Part shown: in pieces, positions 9,436 through 17,795 of the stretch
Numbering within the stretch: position 1 is the stretch's first letter
How the letters are laid out: each line of letters starts with the position of its first letter
From: Thermoanaerobaculia bacterium
GTDB lineage: Bacteria; Acidobacteriota; Thermoanaerobaculia; Multivoradales; JAHEKO01
Assembly (NCBI GenBank): GCA_049678185.1
Contig: JBAUDS010000010.1
Span: 9,816-41,815 of the forward strand
DNA length: 32,000 nt
Direction: 5' to 3'
The notes under the pieces: generated by a model
Told to the model about the DNA's origin: nothing
The model's input: only the letters and a program-made list of their open reading frames with translations
Database searches by the model: none
Translations under genes and position numbers: made by a program

Positions 9436-10776
9436 CTAGCCGTCCGCTGAAGCGGTGTGGGTCGGGACTCCGAACACCGGCAGGTACCGAGCGGCCCACC
9501 ACAATGTAACCGTGCGCGCCACCATGAACGCCACCAGGCTCGCCCACAGCAGATCGTTGTTCTGCCAACGGGTGGCGGCCATCGCCAGTGGCAGAAAGAC
9601 ACCCAGGGTCGAGACCAGCATGGCGTTGCGCAAGGGCCGACCAGCGCTGAGACCGAGAAAGAGACCGTCATAGATATAGGCCGAGGCACCAAAGAGGAGG
9701 ATGGGCACCAGCCACCACGAGTAGCGAACGGCTTCGGCTGTGGTGGGTCCGTGGGTGGTGACCAGCCGGGTGACGGCTGCGGGGGTCAGGGCAAACAGAG
9801 CCATAAAGGGCAGTGCGAAGGCCAACCCCGTCAGCAGGGCCAAGCGAAAGAGCCGCCGCAGGGAGTCTCGGTCTCCGCGGCCGCGGAAATAGCCGGCGAG
9901 ACTCTCGATCGCAAAGGCGGCGCCGTCGATCAGATAGGCGGCAAAACTGAGAAAGCGGAGCAGGATGGCGTTGGCGGCAAGTGTGATCGTACCGAGGATC
10001 GAGCTGAAGTTTGTGAACAGGGCAAAGGCGGTGATCAGGGAAACGGTGCGGATGAGGATGTCCCGGTTGAGGCGCAAGAGGGCCCACAATGCGGCAGGAT
10101 CCCAGCCCTCGACCTGCCGCCACCGCAAGCGGTCGGGTACTCGGCGGAAGATGAGAATGGCCGTCGCCAGCATCAGATACTGACTGATGGCGGTGCCCAG
10201 ACCGGCTCCCCAGGCGGCCAGACCCAGATGAATGATGAGTACATAGTTGGCGGCTATGTTGCTGAGATTCGCCACCAGCGTCATAACGAGGGCATGGCCG
10301 CTCTCTTCGCGGCCCAGATACCAGCCCAGAAAGACAAAGTTGGCGAGCACCGCCGGCGCCCCCCAGATACGGGTGTTGAAGTAGGCGCGGCCGGCGGATT
10401 CGACTTCGGGGCTACCGCTGAGCAAAGAGAAACCCAGCTCCCGGAGCGGCCATTGCAGCAACAGCAGAGCCAGACCGAGCCCAACGGCGATGATCAGGGA
10501 CTGGTAGAGGATGCGGTAGAGCTCGGTCCTATCTGCTCGCCCCTGTGCCTGGGCCGCCAGACCGGTGGTGCCCATCCGCAAGAAACCAAACGTCCAGTAG
10601 ACATACTCGAAAAGAATCGAGGCCAGGGCCACACCGGCCAGGAAGGTGATGTCCGGGAGGTGTCCCAGCAGGGCCATGTCGACCAGAGACGCCAGCGGAA
10701 CGGTGACATTGGAGAGGATGTTGAGAAAGGTAAGCCGGCCGAAGCGGCGGCGGAGATCGTTGGATTGAGTGGACAC
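9436..10776 (-). CDS. MATE family efflux transporter (DinF-like)
   Basis: The N-terminus, LTFLNILSNVTVPLASLVDMALLGHLPDITFLAGVALASILF, and roughly 12 hydrophobic segments match the DinF-type MATE pattern. GTG start at 10776. 87-nt gap to the downstream GT2-CE4 gene on the same strand. Confidence 0.8.
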   Translation of the reverse strand: MSTQSNDLRRRFGRLTFLNILSNVTVPLASLVDMALLGHLPDITFLAGVALASILFEYVYWTFGFLRMGTTGLAAQAQGRADRTELYRILYQSLIIAVGLGLALLLLQWPLRELGFSLLSGSPEVESAGRAYFNTRIWGAPAVLANFVFLGWYLGREESGHALVMTLVANLSNIAANYVLIIHLGLAAWGAGLGTAISQYLMLATAILIFRRVPDRLRWRQVEGWDPAALWALLRLNRDILIRTVSLITAFALFTNFSSILGTITLAANAILLRFLSFAAYLIDGAAFAIESLAGYFRGRGDRDSLRRLFRLALLTGLAFALPFMALFALTPAAVTRLVTTHGPTTAEAVRYSWWLVPILLFGASAYIYDGLFLGLSAGRPLRNAMLVSTLGVFLPLAMAATRWQNNDLLWASLVAFMVARTVTLWWAARYLPVFGVPTHTASADG

Positions 10777-10933
10777 TCAGAATCAAGAGCTGATGGGGTA
10801 TTTGTGAGAGGCACCAGAGTCTAGCGTGGCCGGCGCTATTCTTCCGCGGCCCGTGGCTCGGCTTAGAATAGGACGCGGACGACCGGGGCCCAGGCCAGGC
10901 ATGTGCGCGTTGGGCTCGCGAGACCGGGAGGCG

Positions 10934-12397
10934 ATGATGTCGACGAGTCGTAGAGGACCGATCTTCCAATTGCTCGTGGTGTGGGCAGCGGCCGCGGTCC
11001 TGGCCGTGGGCTGCGCCACCAACCCCGCCACCGGTAAGAAGCAGATCTCACTTATCGGCGAGCAACAGGAAGTTGCCATAGGCCGGGAAGCCCAGGCAGA
11101 AGTCGAGCAAGCCTTCGGCTACTACGACAGCCAGGCTCTCCAGGACTATGTGCAGGAGGTTGGCGAGAGCCTCGCCTCGAAATCGGAGCGTCCGCATCTA
11201 CCCTGGACATTCCGGGTGGTTGACGATTCGATCGTCAACGCTTTTGCCTATCCCGGCGGCTACATCTATATCAGCCGGGGGATCCTGGCCCACTTCAACT
11301 CGGAGGCTGAGCTGGCGGGGGTCCTGGGTCACGAGATCGGCCATGTCACGGCGAGGCATTCGGTCAACCAGATGAGCAAGCAACAGCTCATGAGTATCGG
11401 GCTCGGGGTGGGCATGGTCCTGTCGCCCGAGTTCCGTCAATTCGGCGATCTGGCCCAGACCGGTCTCGGTCTCCTCTTCCTCAAGTACTCACGCGACGAC
11501 GAGCGTCAGTCGGACGAGTTGGGACTCCGGTACTCGGTTCGGTCGGGATATGACGCCCGCGAAATGGCCAATATCTACGAGATTCTCGAGGAGGTATCGA
11601 ACCAGGCGGAGGGCGGACCCGTCCCCGGCTGGCTGGCAACCCATCCGGCGCCGGAGAATCGTGGCCAGCTCATCCGCAACCAGCTCGCCGAGGTCGAGGT
11701 CGATTGGAGCGGGACGACGGTCGGCAGGGACTCCTACCTTCGGCGACTCGAAGGCCTTGTCTATGGCGACGATCCCCGAGAGGGCTACTTCAACGGCGAC
11801 ACTTTTTTCCATCCCGGATTGGCCTTCAAGATGAAATTCCCCCAGGGTTGGAAGACCAAGAATTTCAGGGAGGCGGTACTGGGAACCAGCCCCGCCGATG
11901 ACGCTGCAGTCGAGCTGACCCTGGCCAAGGAGAGCGACCCGCGGAGCGCCGCCCAGGCCTTTGTCAACCAACAGGGCATCGAGGCCGATCGCATCAAAGA
12001 CGGCACGATCAACAAAATACCTGCGGCGTGGGCGCGGTTCCGAGTCGAGACACAGAGCGGTTCCCTGGCCGGTCGGGTCGCCTTTGTCCGCTACCGGGAC
12101 CGCACGTTTCGCCTCATGGGCTATACCACGAGCGATCGGTGGAGCCGTTACTCGGATCAAATCGACCGCTCTCTCCAGAGCTTCGACACCGTCAGCGACC
12201 CGGCGATCTTGAACGTCCAGCCGCAGCGCATCTCGCTCGTTCAGATCGACCGTGAGATGACGATGCGTGAGTTCGACGCCCGCTATCCGTCGGGGATACC
12301 GCTGGAGCAGATCGCCCTGATCAACCAGGTCGGGCCCGACGAACTGTTGCGGAAGGGGCAACTCGTAAAGCGGGTGACTCCCAAACAGGGCAGTTAG
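10934..12397 (+). CDS. M48 family zinc metalloprotease, predicted lipoprotein, with a ~240-aa C-terminal extension ending in a LysM-like segment
   Basis: GVLGHEIGHVTARH carries the HExxH motif. The signal/lipobox FQLLVVWAAAAVLAVGC follows the ATG-ATG pair at 10934/10937. SD GGGAGG at 10925-10930. The track start at 10826 adds an R/G/P-rich leader and is unlikely. The C-terminal tail PLEQIALINQVGPDELLRKGQLVKRV resembles the end of a LysM repeat; this is a weak call. Confidence 0.8.
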   Translation: MMSTSRRGPIFQLLVVWAAAAVLAVGCATNPATGKKQISLIGEQQEVAIGREAQAEVEQAFGYYDSQALQDYVQEVGESLASKSERPHLPWTFRVVDDSIVNAFAYPGGYIYISRGILAHFNSEAELAGVLGHEIGHVTARHSVNQMSKQQLMSIGLGVGMVLSPEFRQFGDLAQTGLGLLFLKYSRDDERQSDELGLRYSVRSGYDAREMANIYEILEEVSNQAEGGPVPGWLATHPAPENRGQLIRNQLAEVEVDWSGTTVGRDSYLRRLEGLVYGDDPREGYFNGDTFFHPGLAFKMKFPQGWKTKNFREAVLGTSPADDAAVELTLAKESDPRSAAQAFVNQQGIEADRIKDGTINKIPAAWARFRVETQSGSLAGRVAFVRYRDRTFRLMGYTTSDRWSRYSDQIDRSLQSFDTVSDPAILNVQPQRISLVQIDREMTMREFDARYPSGIPLEQIALINQVGPDELLRKGQLVKRVTPKQGS

Positions 12398-12398
12398 C

Positions 12399-12420
12399 CG
12401 GCCGGCGAAGACGCCGGCCG
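12399..12420. terminator. GC-rich hairpin (9-bp stem, AAGA loop) 2 nt after the M48 stop; candidate terminator without a U-tract
   Basis: 12399-12407 (CGGCCGGCG) pairs perfectly with 12412-12420 (CGCCGGCCG). It lies in the convergent intergenic region between the M48 and VWA genes. No T-run follows on either strand. Confidence 0.35.
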
Positions 12421-12453
12421 CTTCAAAACCGCTTCGACCTTGGGCACCCGAAG

Positions 12454-12475
12454 CGGCCGGCCTCCGTGCCGGCCG
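12454..12475. terminator. Second GC-rich hairpin (8-bp stem, 6-nt loop); candidate terminator for the trxB-AAA-VWA operon
   Basis: 12454-12461 (CGGCCGGC) pairs with 12468-12475 (GCCGGCCG). About 55 nt downstream of the VWA stop on the minus strand. It shares the GCCGGCC core with the first hairpin. No U-tract. Confidence 0.3.
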
Positions 12476-12529
12476 AATCCCCGTCTCCCAACACCCAAAG
12501 ACTGCTGGCCCCCAGGTCGATCAGCCCCC

Positions 12530-13618
12530 TCAGTGCAACCGTCGTCGCCGATTGCGGATGTAGTCCGCCAGGATGAACTCCCCGAGGTCGTGCGGTGAGG
12601 CGAAGTAGGCTCGTCCCCGGTTGATCTGGGTGAGCTTTTCGACAAAGTCGGTGAGCATCGGGTCTGTGGCCAGCATGAAGGTGGTGATGACGATCTGTTG
12701 CCGCCGGCAGAGATCCACCTCTTCCAGCGTCCGGTTGACGATCTTCATGTCCAGCCCAAAGGGGTTCTTGTAGACCTGCCCCCCCTCGGTGATGGCGGAG
12801 GGCTTGCCGTCGGTGATCAGGAAGATCTGCTTGTTGGGTTGCTTCCGGCGGGCCAGGAGCGAGCGCGAGAGTTGTAGGGCTTCGCGGGTATTGGTGTGGT
12901 AGGGACCGGCCTGGATGTAGGGAATCGCGGAGAGCTCGACCCGCTCGGCACGATCACCAAAAAGGATCAGACCGAGATAGTCCTTGGGATATTTGGTGGT
13001 GATGAGCTCGGTGAGCGCCAAGGCCACCGTCTTGGCCGGTGTGATCCGATCCTCGCCATAGAGGATCATGGAGTGGCTCACATCGATGGCGACCACCGTG
13101 GCGCAGGAGGTGAGGTGCTCGGTCTCGTAGACCTCGAGGTCTTCCTCGGACAGCTCGAGCTCGCCTTGTGTCCGCTTGAGGGCGTTGTGGAATGAGCGTC
13201 CAATGTCGATCCGGTGGAGGTCGTCACCAAATACATAGGGTCGAGTCTCCGGCAGTCGCTCTATCCCTTCACCGGAGGAGCGCACCGGGTGATAGCCGGG
13301 ACCTCCACGCCTCAGACTGGAGAACACCTCCTCGAAGGCGCTCCGTCGAATCCGCCGTTCGCCGATCGAGGTGAGTTGGAGCGATCCGTCGCTGTCCCGG
13401 CCCACCATCTGTTGATCCTCGAGGGAGGCGAAGAATTCCTCCAGGTCCACGCGCTCGTCGATATAGCCCTCCCGCTGGAGATACCGCATCCATTCCATCG
13501 TCTGTTCCACGTCACCGCCGCCGGCCAGCAGGAGCTGGTTGAAGATCCGCATGAGATCCAGACCCGCCAGCAGAGCCTGGAGATAGTCGGGATCCAGATA
13601 GAGGTAACGGTGGCGCAC
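12530..13618 (-). CDS. von Willebrand factor A (VWA) domain protein, CoxE/BchD-like partner of the upstream AAA+
   Basis: MIDAS DxSxS motif in VVAIDVSHSM. Downstream LILFGDRA and FLITDGKPSA strands are typical of VWA. GTG start at 13618, 18 nt after the AAA+ stop. Confidence 0.75.
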   Translation of the reverse strand: MRHRYLYLDPDYLQALLAGLDLMRIFNQLLLAGGGDVEQTMEWMRYLQREGYIDERVDLEEFFASLEDQQMVGRDSDGSLQLTSIGERRIRRSAFEEVFSSLRRGGPGYHPVRSSGEGIERLPETRPYVFGDDLHRIDIGRSFHNALKRTQGELELSEEDLEVYETEHLTSCATVVAIDVSHSMILYGEDRITPAKTVALALTELITTKYPKDYLGLILFGDRAERVELSAIPYIQAGPYHTNTREALQLSRSLLARRKQPNKQIFLITDGKPSAITEGGQVYKNPFGLDMKIVNRTLEEVDLCRRQQIVITTFMLATDPMLTDFVEKLTQINRGRAYFASPHDLGEFILADYIRNRRRRLH

Positions 13619-13636
13619 CGACTTGCCGGAGTCCGA

Positions 13637-15130
13637 TCAGTTGATGCCGTCTGGCTCGGGAGGCGACCGCTGGGGGCGGAGGAGATGGAACTTGACCATT
13701 TCCTTGTAGCTGATCTGGCTGTCCATGTCGTGGCGGGCAATCTTGAGGTTGAGGTGGAGACCCTCGAGGATCATCTCGGCCGCCAGCGCCCGCTCTTGGC
13801 GGTTTTTGCCGTGGCTGGCGGCGAGCTCCATCAAGCCCGGAATCGTCGCCAGCTGTGCCTCGTAGTCGGCAAAGGGCTGTTCGTCGGAGAGGACGATCTC
13901 GTTACCGGCGGCAAACCAGCGGACTATCTCGGCATAGGGGCCGGTGTCGTCCTCGCCGCCACTTCCCACCCCTTTGTCGATCTCGGGGAATCGGCCGTCG
14001 AAGTCCTTTCGGATGGCCTCCCCGATTAGCTGCTGAGCCACGACCTCGACCCCCTTCTGCTCACCCTCGTAGACCATCTCGACCTTGCCGGTGAGCGCCG
14101 GCAGCAGCATCGGCAGATCACAGAGGCGGGGGTAGGATGGCGAGTCTTTGGTCGACAGCGCTCGTCGCTCTAGATTGGAGACCAGAAGCTCCAAAGCCGA
14201 GATCGAGAGACGGGCGCTGACACCGGAGGTCTGGTCGACCAGCTCACTCTCGCGTGCCGCAAAGGAGATCTGCTCGACCAGCCGCTGGAAGTACTCGGGT
14301 ACCACGACACCCTCCGTTTGTCTCTCGATCCAGGCCTCTTGACGGGTTATGGCGGTCGCGGTCTCGACCTTCTGCGGATAGTGGGTGAGGATCTGGGAGG
14401 AGATCCGGTCCTTCAGAGGGGTGATAATCGAGCCCCGGTTGGTGTAGTCCTCGGGGTTGGCGGAGAAGACCATCATGATGTCCAGGGGGACCCGTACCGG
14501 AAAGCCCCGAATCTGGAGGTCTCGCTCTTCGAGGATATTGAGCAGACCAACCTGGATGCGCGGCGCCAGGTCGGGCAGCTCGTTGATGGCGAATATCCCC
14601 CGGTTGGTGCGGGCAATGATGCCGAAGTGGATGACCTCGGGATCGGCGTAGGTGAGCCTCTGGGTGGCTGCCTTGATGGGGTCGATGTCGCCGAGCAGAT
14701 CGGCGATGGAGACGTCAGGAGTCGCCAACTTCTCGTTGTAGCGGGCCTCACGCGGCAGCCATTCGACCGCAGCCTGGTCCCCCTCCTTGGCGATGACCCT
14801 TTGACCCCAGGTGGAGATCGGGTCCAGGGGATCATCGTTGAGCTCGCTGCCGGCCAGGACCGGGACCTCGGGATCGAGAAAATCGGTCAGCGCTCGTAGG
14901 ATGCGAGACTTGGCCTGACCGCGCAAACCCAGCAGGATGAAGTCATGCTCGGCCAGCAGAGCGTTGATGATCCCCGGTATCACCGTCCGCTCGTAGCCCA
15001 GAACCCCGGGAAAGAGCGTCTCGCCCGCCGCCAGCATGCGCCGGGCGTTGTCGCGCAGCTCCCGTTTGACCGATCTCTGCTGGTAACCGCTGGCCTTCAA
15101 CTCACCGAGTGTTTGCGGAAGAGCGGCCAT
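13637..15130 (-). CDS. ChlI/BchI-like AAA+ ATPase (often auto-annotated as Mg-chelatase-like or sigma-54-interaction-domain protein)
   Basis: FPGVLGYERTVIPGIINALLAEHDFILLGLRGQAKSRILRALTDFL parallels the ChlI N-terminus (FP..IVGQ...ALL......GGVLI.G.RGTGKST..RAL..LL). Walker-B region GIFAINELPDL. Sensor/Arg-finger region VFSANPEDY...PLKDR. ATG at 15130 overlaps the trxB stop by 1 nt (TGATG); the TTG at 15133 in the track is 1 codon upstream. Confidence 0.75.
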   Translation of the reverse strand: MAALPQTLGELKASGYQQRSVKRELRDNARRMLAAGETLFPGVLGYERTVIPGIINALLAEHDFILLGLRGQAKSRILRALTDFLDPEVPVLAGSELNDDPLDPISTWGQRVIAKEGDQAAVEWLPREARYNEKLATPDVSIADLLGDIDPIKAATQRLTYADPEVIHFGIIARTNRGIFAINELPDLAPRIQVGLLNILEERDLQIRGFPVRVPLDIMMVFSANPEDYTNRGSIITPLKDRISSQILTHYPQKVETATAITRQEAWIERQTEGVVVPEYFQRLVEQISFAARESELVDQTSGVSARLSISALELLVSNLERRALSTKDSPSYPRLCDLPMLLPALTGKVEMVYEGEQKGVEVVAQQLIGEAIRKDFDGRFPEIDKGVGSGGEDDTGPYAEIVRWFAAGNEIVLSDEQPFADYEAQLATIPGLMELAASHGKNRQERALAAEMILEGLHLNLKIARHDMDSQISYKEMVKFHLLRPQRSPPEPDGIN

Positions 15131-16083
15131 CAATCATGGACCTCGAGCCAGCGCTCGGCGTCGATGGCCGCTTTGCACCCGGATCCGGCGGCGGTGATTG
15201 CCTGTCGGTAATTGGGATCCATGGCATCGCCACAGGCGAAGACACCCTCGATATTGGTTTTGGTGGTGGGTTCCTCGACGGTGAGATAGCCAACCTCGTT
15301 CATGTCGAGCTTGCCTTGAAACAGCTCGGTGTTGGGTTTGTGGCCGATGGCGAGGAAGACACCCTGAGAGGGGAATTCCGTCTCCTCTCCGGTCTGGGTG
15401 TCGCGGACGCAAACACCGCGGACCTTCTCCTCCTGGCTGCCCAGTATCTCGACGACGGTCTTGTTCCAGAGGAACTCGATCTTGTCGTTGGCGAAGGCGC
15501 GCTCCTGCATGATCTTGGAGGCTCGCAGCTCCTCCCGGCGATGAATCACCGTCACCTTGCTGGCGAATTTGGTGAGAAAGATGGCCTCCTCCATGGCGGA
15601 GTCACCGCCCCCAATGACGACGATCTCCTTGCCGGTAAAGAAAAACCCATCACAAGTGGCGCAAGCGGAGACGCCATACCCCATGAGCTCCTTCTCCGAG
15701 TCCAGACCCAGCTGCATGGCGGCCGCTCCGGTGGCGATGATCAGGGCATCGCCCCGGTAGGAGCTCTCATCGGTCTCGACGACAAAGGGGCGCTCCTCGA
15801 GCTCGACCCTGGTGGCGACCTCGAAGCGCACCTGGGCGCCGAATCTCTTTACCTGCTCACGCATCCTGTCCATGAGCTCGGGGCCGAGGATTCCGTCCGG
15901 GAAGCCCGGGAAGTTTTCGACGTCGGTGGTGATCGTCAGCTGGCCTCCCGGCTGGTTTCCCTCCAGCACCAGAGGCGACAGATTGGCTCGAGCCGCGTAG
16001 AGCGCCGCCGTAAGACCAGCGGGTCCCGAGCCCAGAATGACAACGCGATAGTGATTGTCGGATTTTGCCTGGTTATCGGTCAT
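15130..16083 (-). CDS. trxB: Thioredoxin-disulfide reductase
   Basis: [19 protein letters not shown] (FAD GxGxxG), the redox-active [10 protein letters not shown] (CxxC), [14 protein letters not shown] (NADPH site) and GVFACGD. Confidence 0.92.
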   Translation of the reverse strand: MTDNQAKSDNHYRVVILGSGPAGLTAALYAARANLSPLVLEGNQPGGQLTITTDVENFPGFPDGILGPELMDRMREQVKRFGAQVRFEVATRVELEERPFVVETDESSYRGDALIIATGAAAMQLGLDSEKELMGYGVSACATCDGFFFTGKEIVVIGGGDSAMEEAIFLTKFASKVTVIHRREELRASKIMQERAFANDKIEFLWNKTVVEILGSQEEKVRGVCVRDTQTGEETEFPSQGVFLAIGHKPNTELFQGKLDMNEVGYLTVEEPTTKTNIEGVFACGDAMDPNYRQAITAAGSGCKAAIDAERWLEVHD

Positions 16084-16162
16084 GTCTGTACGAATCTCCT
16101 GGACCGCTTGCGTGCGATGCTCTCCGCCGGAGGTCTCCGGCCGGTCGAAGCGAGAGGAGGAG

Positions 16163-16171
16163 AGTATAACA
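16163..16171 (-). promoter_or_regulatory. Candidate extended -10 element (TGTTATACT on the minus strand) for the trxB operon
   Basis: The reverse complement of 16163-16171 reads TGTTATACT (TGn + TATACT), about 80 nt upstream of the trxB ATG. No convincing -35. Motif match only. Confidence 0.3.
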
Positions 16172-16297
16172 ACGCCCCTGACCGTTCCATTTCCGTGGAT
16201 TGGCTGGGTCGAATCGGCTATGCTCCGCCTGCGTCGAGACGGGGATCAAACCCGGATCTCGCAAACCCTGTTCCCAGATTCAAGAGGAGACAAGTCC

Positions 16298-16816
16298 ATG
16301 TTGGCCAGCAAAGAACTGATCTCTGCCATCAACGCCCAGGTGGGAAACGAGTTTGGCGCCTCACTTCAGTACGTCAGCATCGCTTCCTACTTTGCTACCG
16401 AGGCCCTTACCGGATTGGCCCGGTTTTTCTACAGGCAGGCCGACGAAGAGGGCGAGCATGCGATGAAGTTCGTCCAGTTCGTCGTCGATGCCGGAGGCCA
16501 GCTCGAGATCCCGGCCGTCCCCGCCCCCAAGAGCACATTCTCTACCGCCAAGGAGGCCGTCCAGGCGGCGCTCGAGTGGGAGCAGGAGGTCACCCAGCAG
16601 ATCTACGGTCTGGTGGACATCGCCAAAAAGGACTCCAACTACATCGCCATTCGCTTTCTCGACTGGTTCATCAATGAGCAGTTCGAAGAGGTCAACACCA
16701 TGAGCGAGCTGCTGCAGGTGGTGGAGCGTGCCGGCGAGGACGGGCTCCTCCATGTCGAGGAGTTTCTGGCGCGGGAGCCGGGATTCTCCGACCCCCATGC
16801 CGGGGGAGGCGAGTAG
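16298..16816 (+). CDS. ftn: Non-heme ferritin (Ftn-type)
   Basis: MLASKELISAINAQVGNEFGASLQYVSIASYF...ADEEGEHAMKF...ALEWEQEVT...FLDWFINEQFEE carries ferroxidase-centre E/ExxH/E/QxxE residues. SD AGAGGAGA at 16283-16290 precedes the ATG at 16298. The track start at 16055 is an over-extension across the divergent promoter region. Confidence 0.9.
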   Translation: MLASKELISAINAQVGNEFGASLQYVSIASYFATEALTGLARFFYRQADEEGEHAMKFVQFVVDAGGQLEIPAVPAPKSTFSTAKEAVQAALEWEQEVTQQIYGLVDIAKKDSNYIAIRFLDWFINEQFEEVNTMSELLQVVERAGEDGLLHVEEFLAREPGFSDPHAGGGE

Positions 16817-16822
16817 CGATCT

Positions 16823-17785
16823 TCAGCTGCGTGCGGTGAGGGCAGCCGCGGCGATCTCGAGGGCGTTGGTGGCTCCGCCGCGTGTCAGGTTATCCATGAC
16901 CCCCCAGATCCAGTAGCCCCCCGGCAGGCCCGCCGCGGGCTCGATCGAGCCTACGAGGATCTCTTCACGGCCGGCGGCCTCGACGGGGCCCAGGAGATCG
17001 GGCTCCGCCACCCGGTCGGTCTGGGAATGGTCGTCAAAGGCATCTCGCAAACCGTCGGTGCCCGGGTCTCGATCCAGTCTGGTGAAGACGCTTACCGACA
17101 GACTGTGAAAGATACCCCCCCGGACGATCTTCAGCGCCAGGTTCCGTTCCTCACCCAGCACCGATTGAAGCTGCGAGACGAGCAGGTCTGTCGAAAGGTC
17201 GAGGGGCAGCAGATTGAAAGCCTGCTGACCACCAAAGACCTCCTTGGGGACCTGCTCGGCGAAAGTCACAATCGATCGCGTCTGTTCGAAGAGCTCGTCG
17301 AGCCCTTCCTGGTCCCTCATCGATGCCGGTTGAACAACGTGGGCAACAACCTCCTGCAATCCAAAGCCGGTCAGAGGAAAGACGAGATGGGCTACCGCCA
17401 CCACCGAGGGGTGGGGGCTGATGAGCACGCCGCCCGGGGCTGCGAGGTCGAGGTTGATACCCGCGACAACAGCCACCCCGGCGGATGGAGCCTGCTCAGG
17501 TGTGACGACGACCACGGTGGTCTCTGGAGATCGCTCGTCCACAAGCCGCTCGAGGTCGGGCGACCAGTCGCAGAGGAATACCAAATCGACACCGTGCAGT
17601 GAGTCGGTTTCGTAGGCCTCCACCACCGCGGCCGCTCCTGCGACCTCGGTCAAGGTGCCGACTGCCTCCGGGTTGGTGGTCAGGAGCCGTACCTCCGACC
17701 AGAGCTCGGAATGACGTCCGAGACTTTCCCTCAGCTCCTTGCCCAGGAGAGAGACGGGATTGACGATCGCTATTCGAGCTGACAT
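16823..17785 (-). CDS. Aspartate-semialdehyde dehydrogenase family protein (USG-1-like), lacking the catalytic cysteine and the GxxGxxG motif
   Basis: Asd-like blocks are present: QQAFNLLPLD, GGIFHSLSVSV (His retained) and the C-terminal WGVMDNLTRGGATNALEIA. Where Asd has N-C-[ST], this protein has H-P-S (Pro codon at 17408-17410). The N-terminus reads IAIVNPVSLLG instead of xxxxGATGxVG. The start is 10 nt after the pssA stop. Confidence 0.7.
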   Translation of the reverse strand: MSARIAIVNPVSLLGKELRESLGRHSELWSEVRLLTTNPEAVGTLTEVAGAAAVVEAYETDSLHGVDLVFLCDWSPDLERLVDERSPETTVVVVTPEQAPSAGVAVVAGINLDLAAPGGVLISPHPSVVAVAHLVFPLTGFGLQEVVAHVVQPASMRDQEGLDELFEQTRSIVTFAEQVPKEVFGGQQAFNLLPLDLSTDLLVSQLQSVLGEERNLALKIVRGGIFHSLSVSVFTRLDRDPGTDGLRDAFDDHSQTDRVAEPDLLGPVEAAGREEILVGSIEPAAGLPGGYWIWGVMDNLTRGGATNALEIAAAALTARS

Positions 17786-17795
17786 TCGAGACCGC

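Noticed and set aside
9457-10824. 455-aa + strand ORF covering the whole MATE gene.
   Set aside because: It is antisense to a clear 12-TM MATE transporter. The translation is G/Q/E/R/D-rich with no domain-like pattern.
12530-15130. The AAA+/VWA pair as an anti-phage or conflict module (vWA-MoxR-type ternary systems).
   Set aside because: There is no third effector or sensor gene and no neighbouring defence or mobile genes. The pair is translationally coupled to housekeeping trxB, and the AAA+ looks ChlI-like rather than MoxR-like. A chaperone or metal-insertion role fits better. This cannot be fully excluded without homology searches.
15109-16677. 522-aa + strand ORF spanning trxB (antisense), the intergenic region and part of ferritin (off-frame).
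   Set aside because: It crosses a divergent promoter region and two well-supported genes. Its composition is typical of an off-frame translation.
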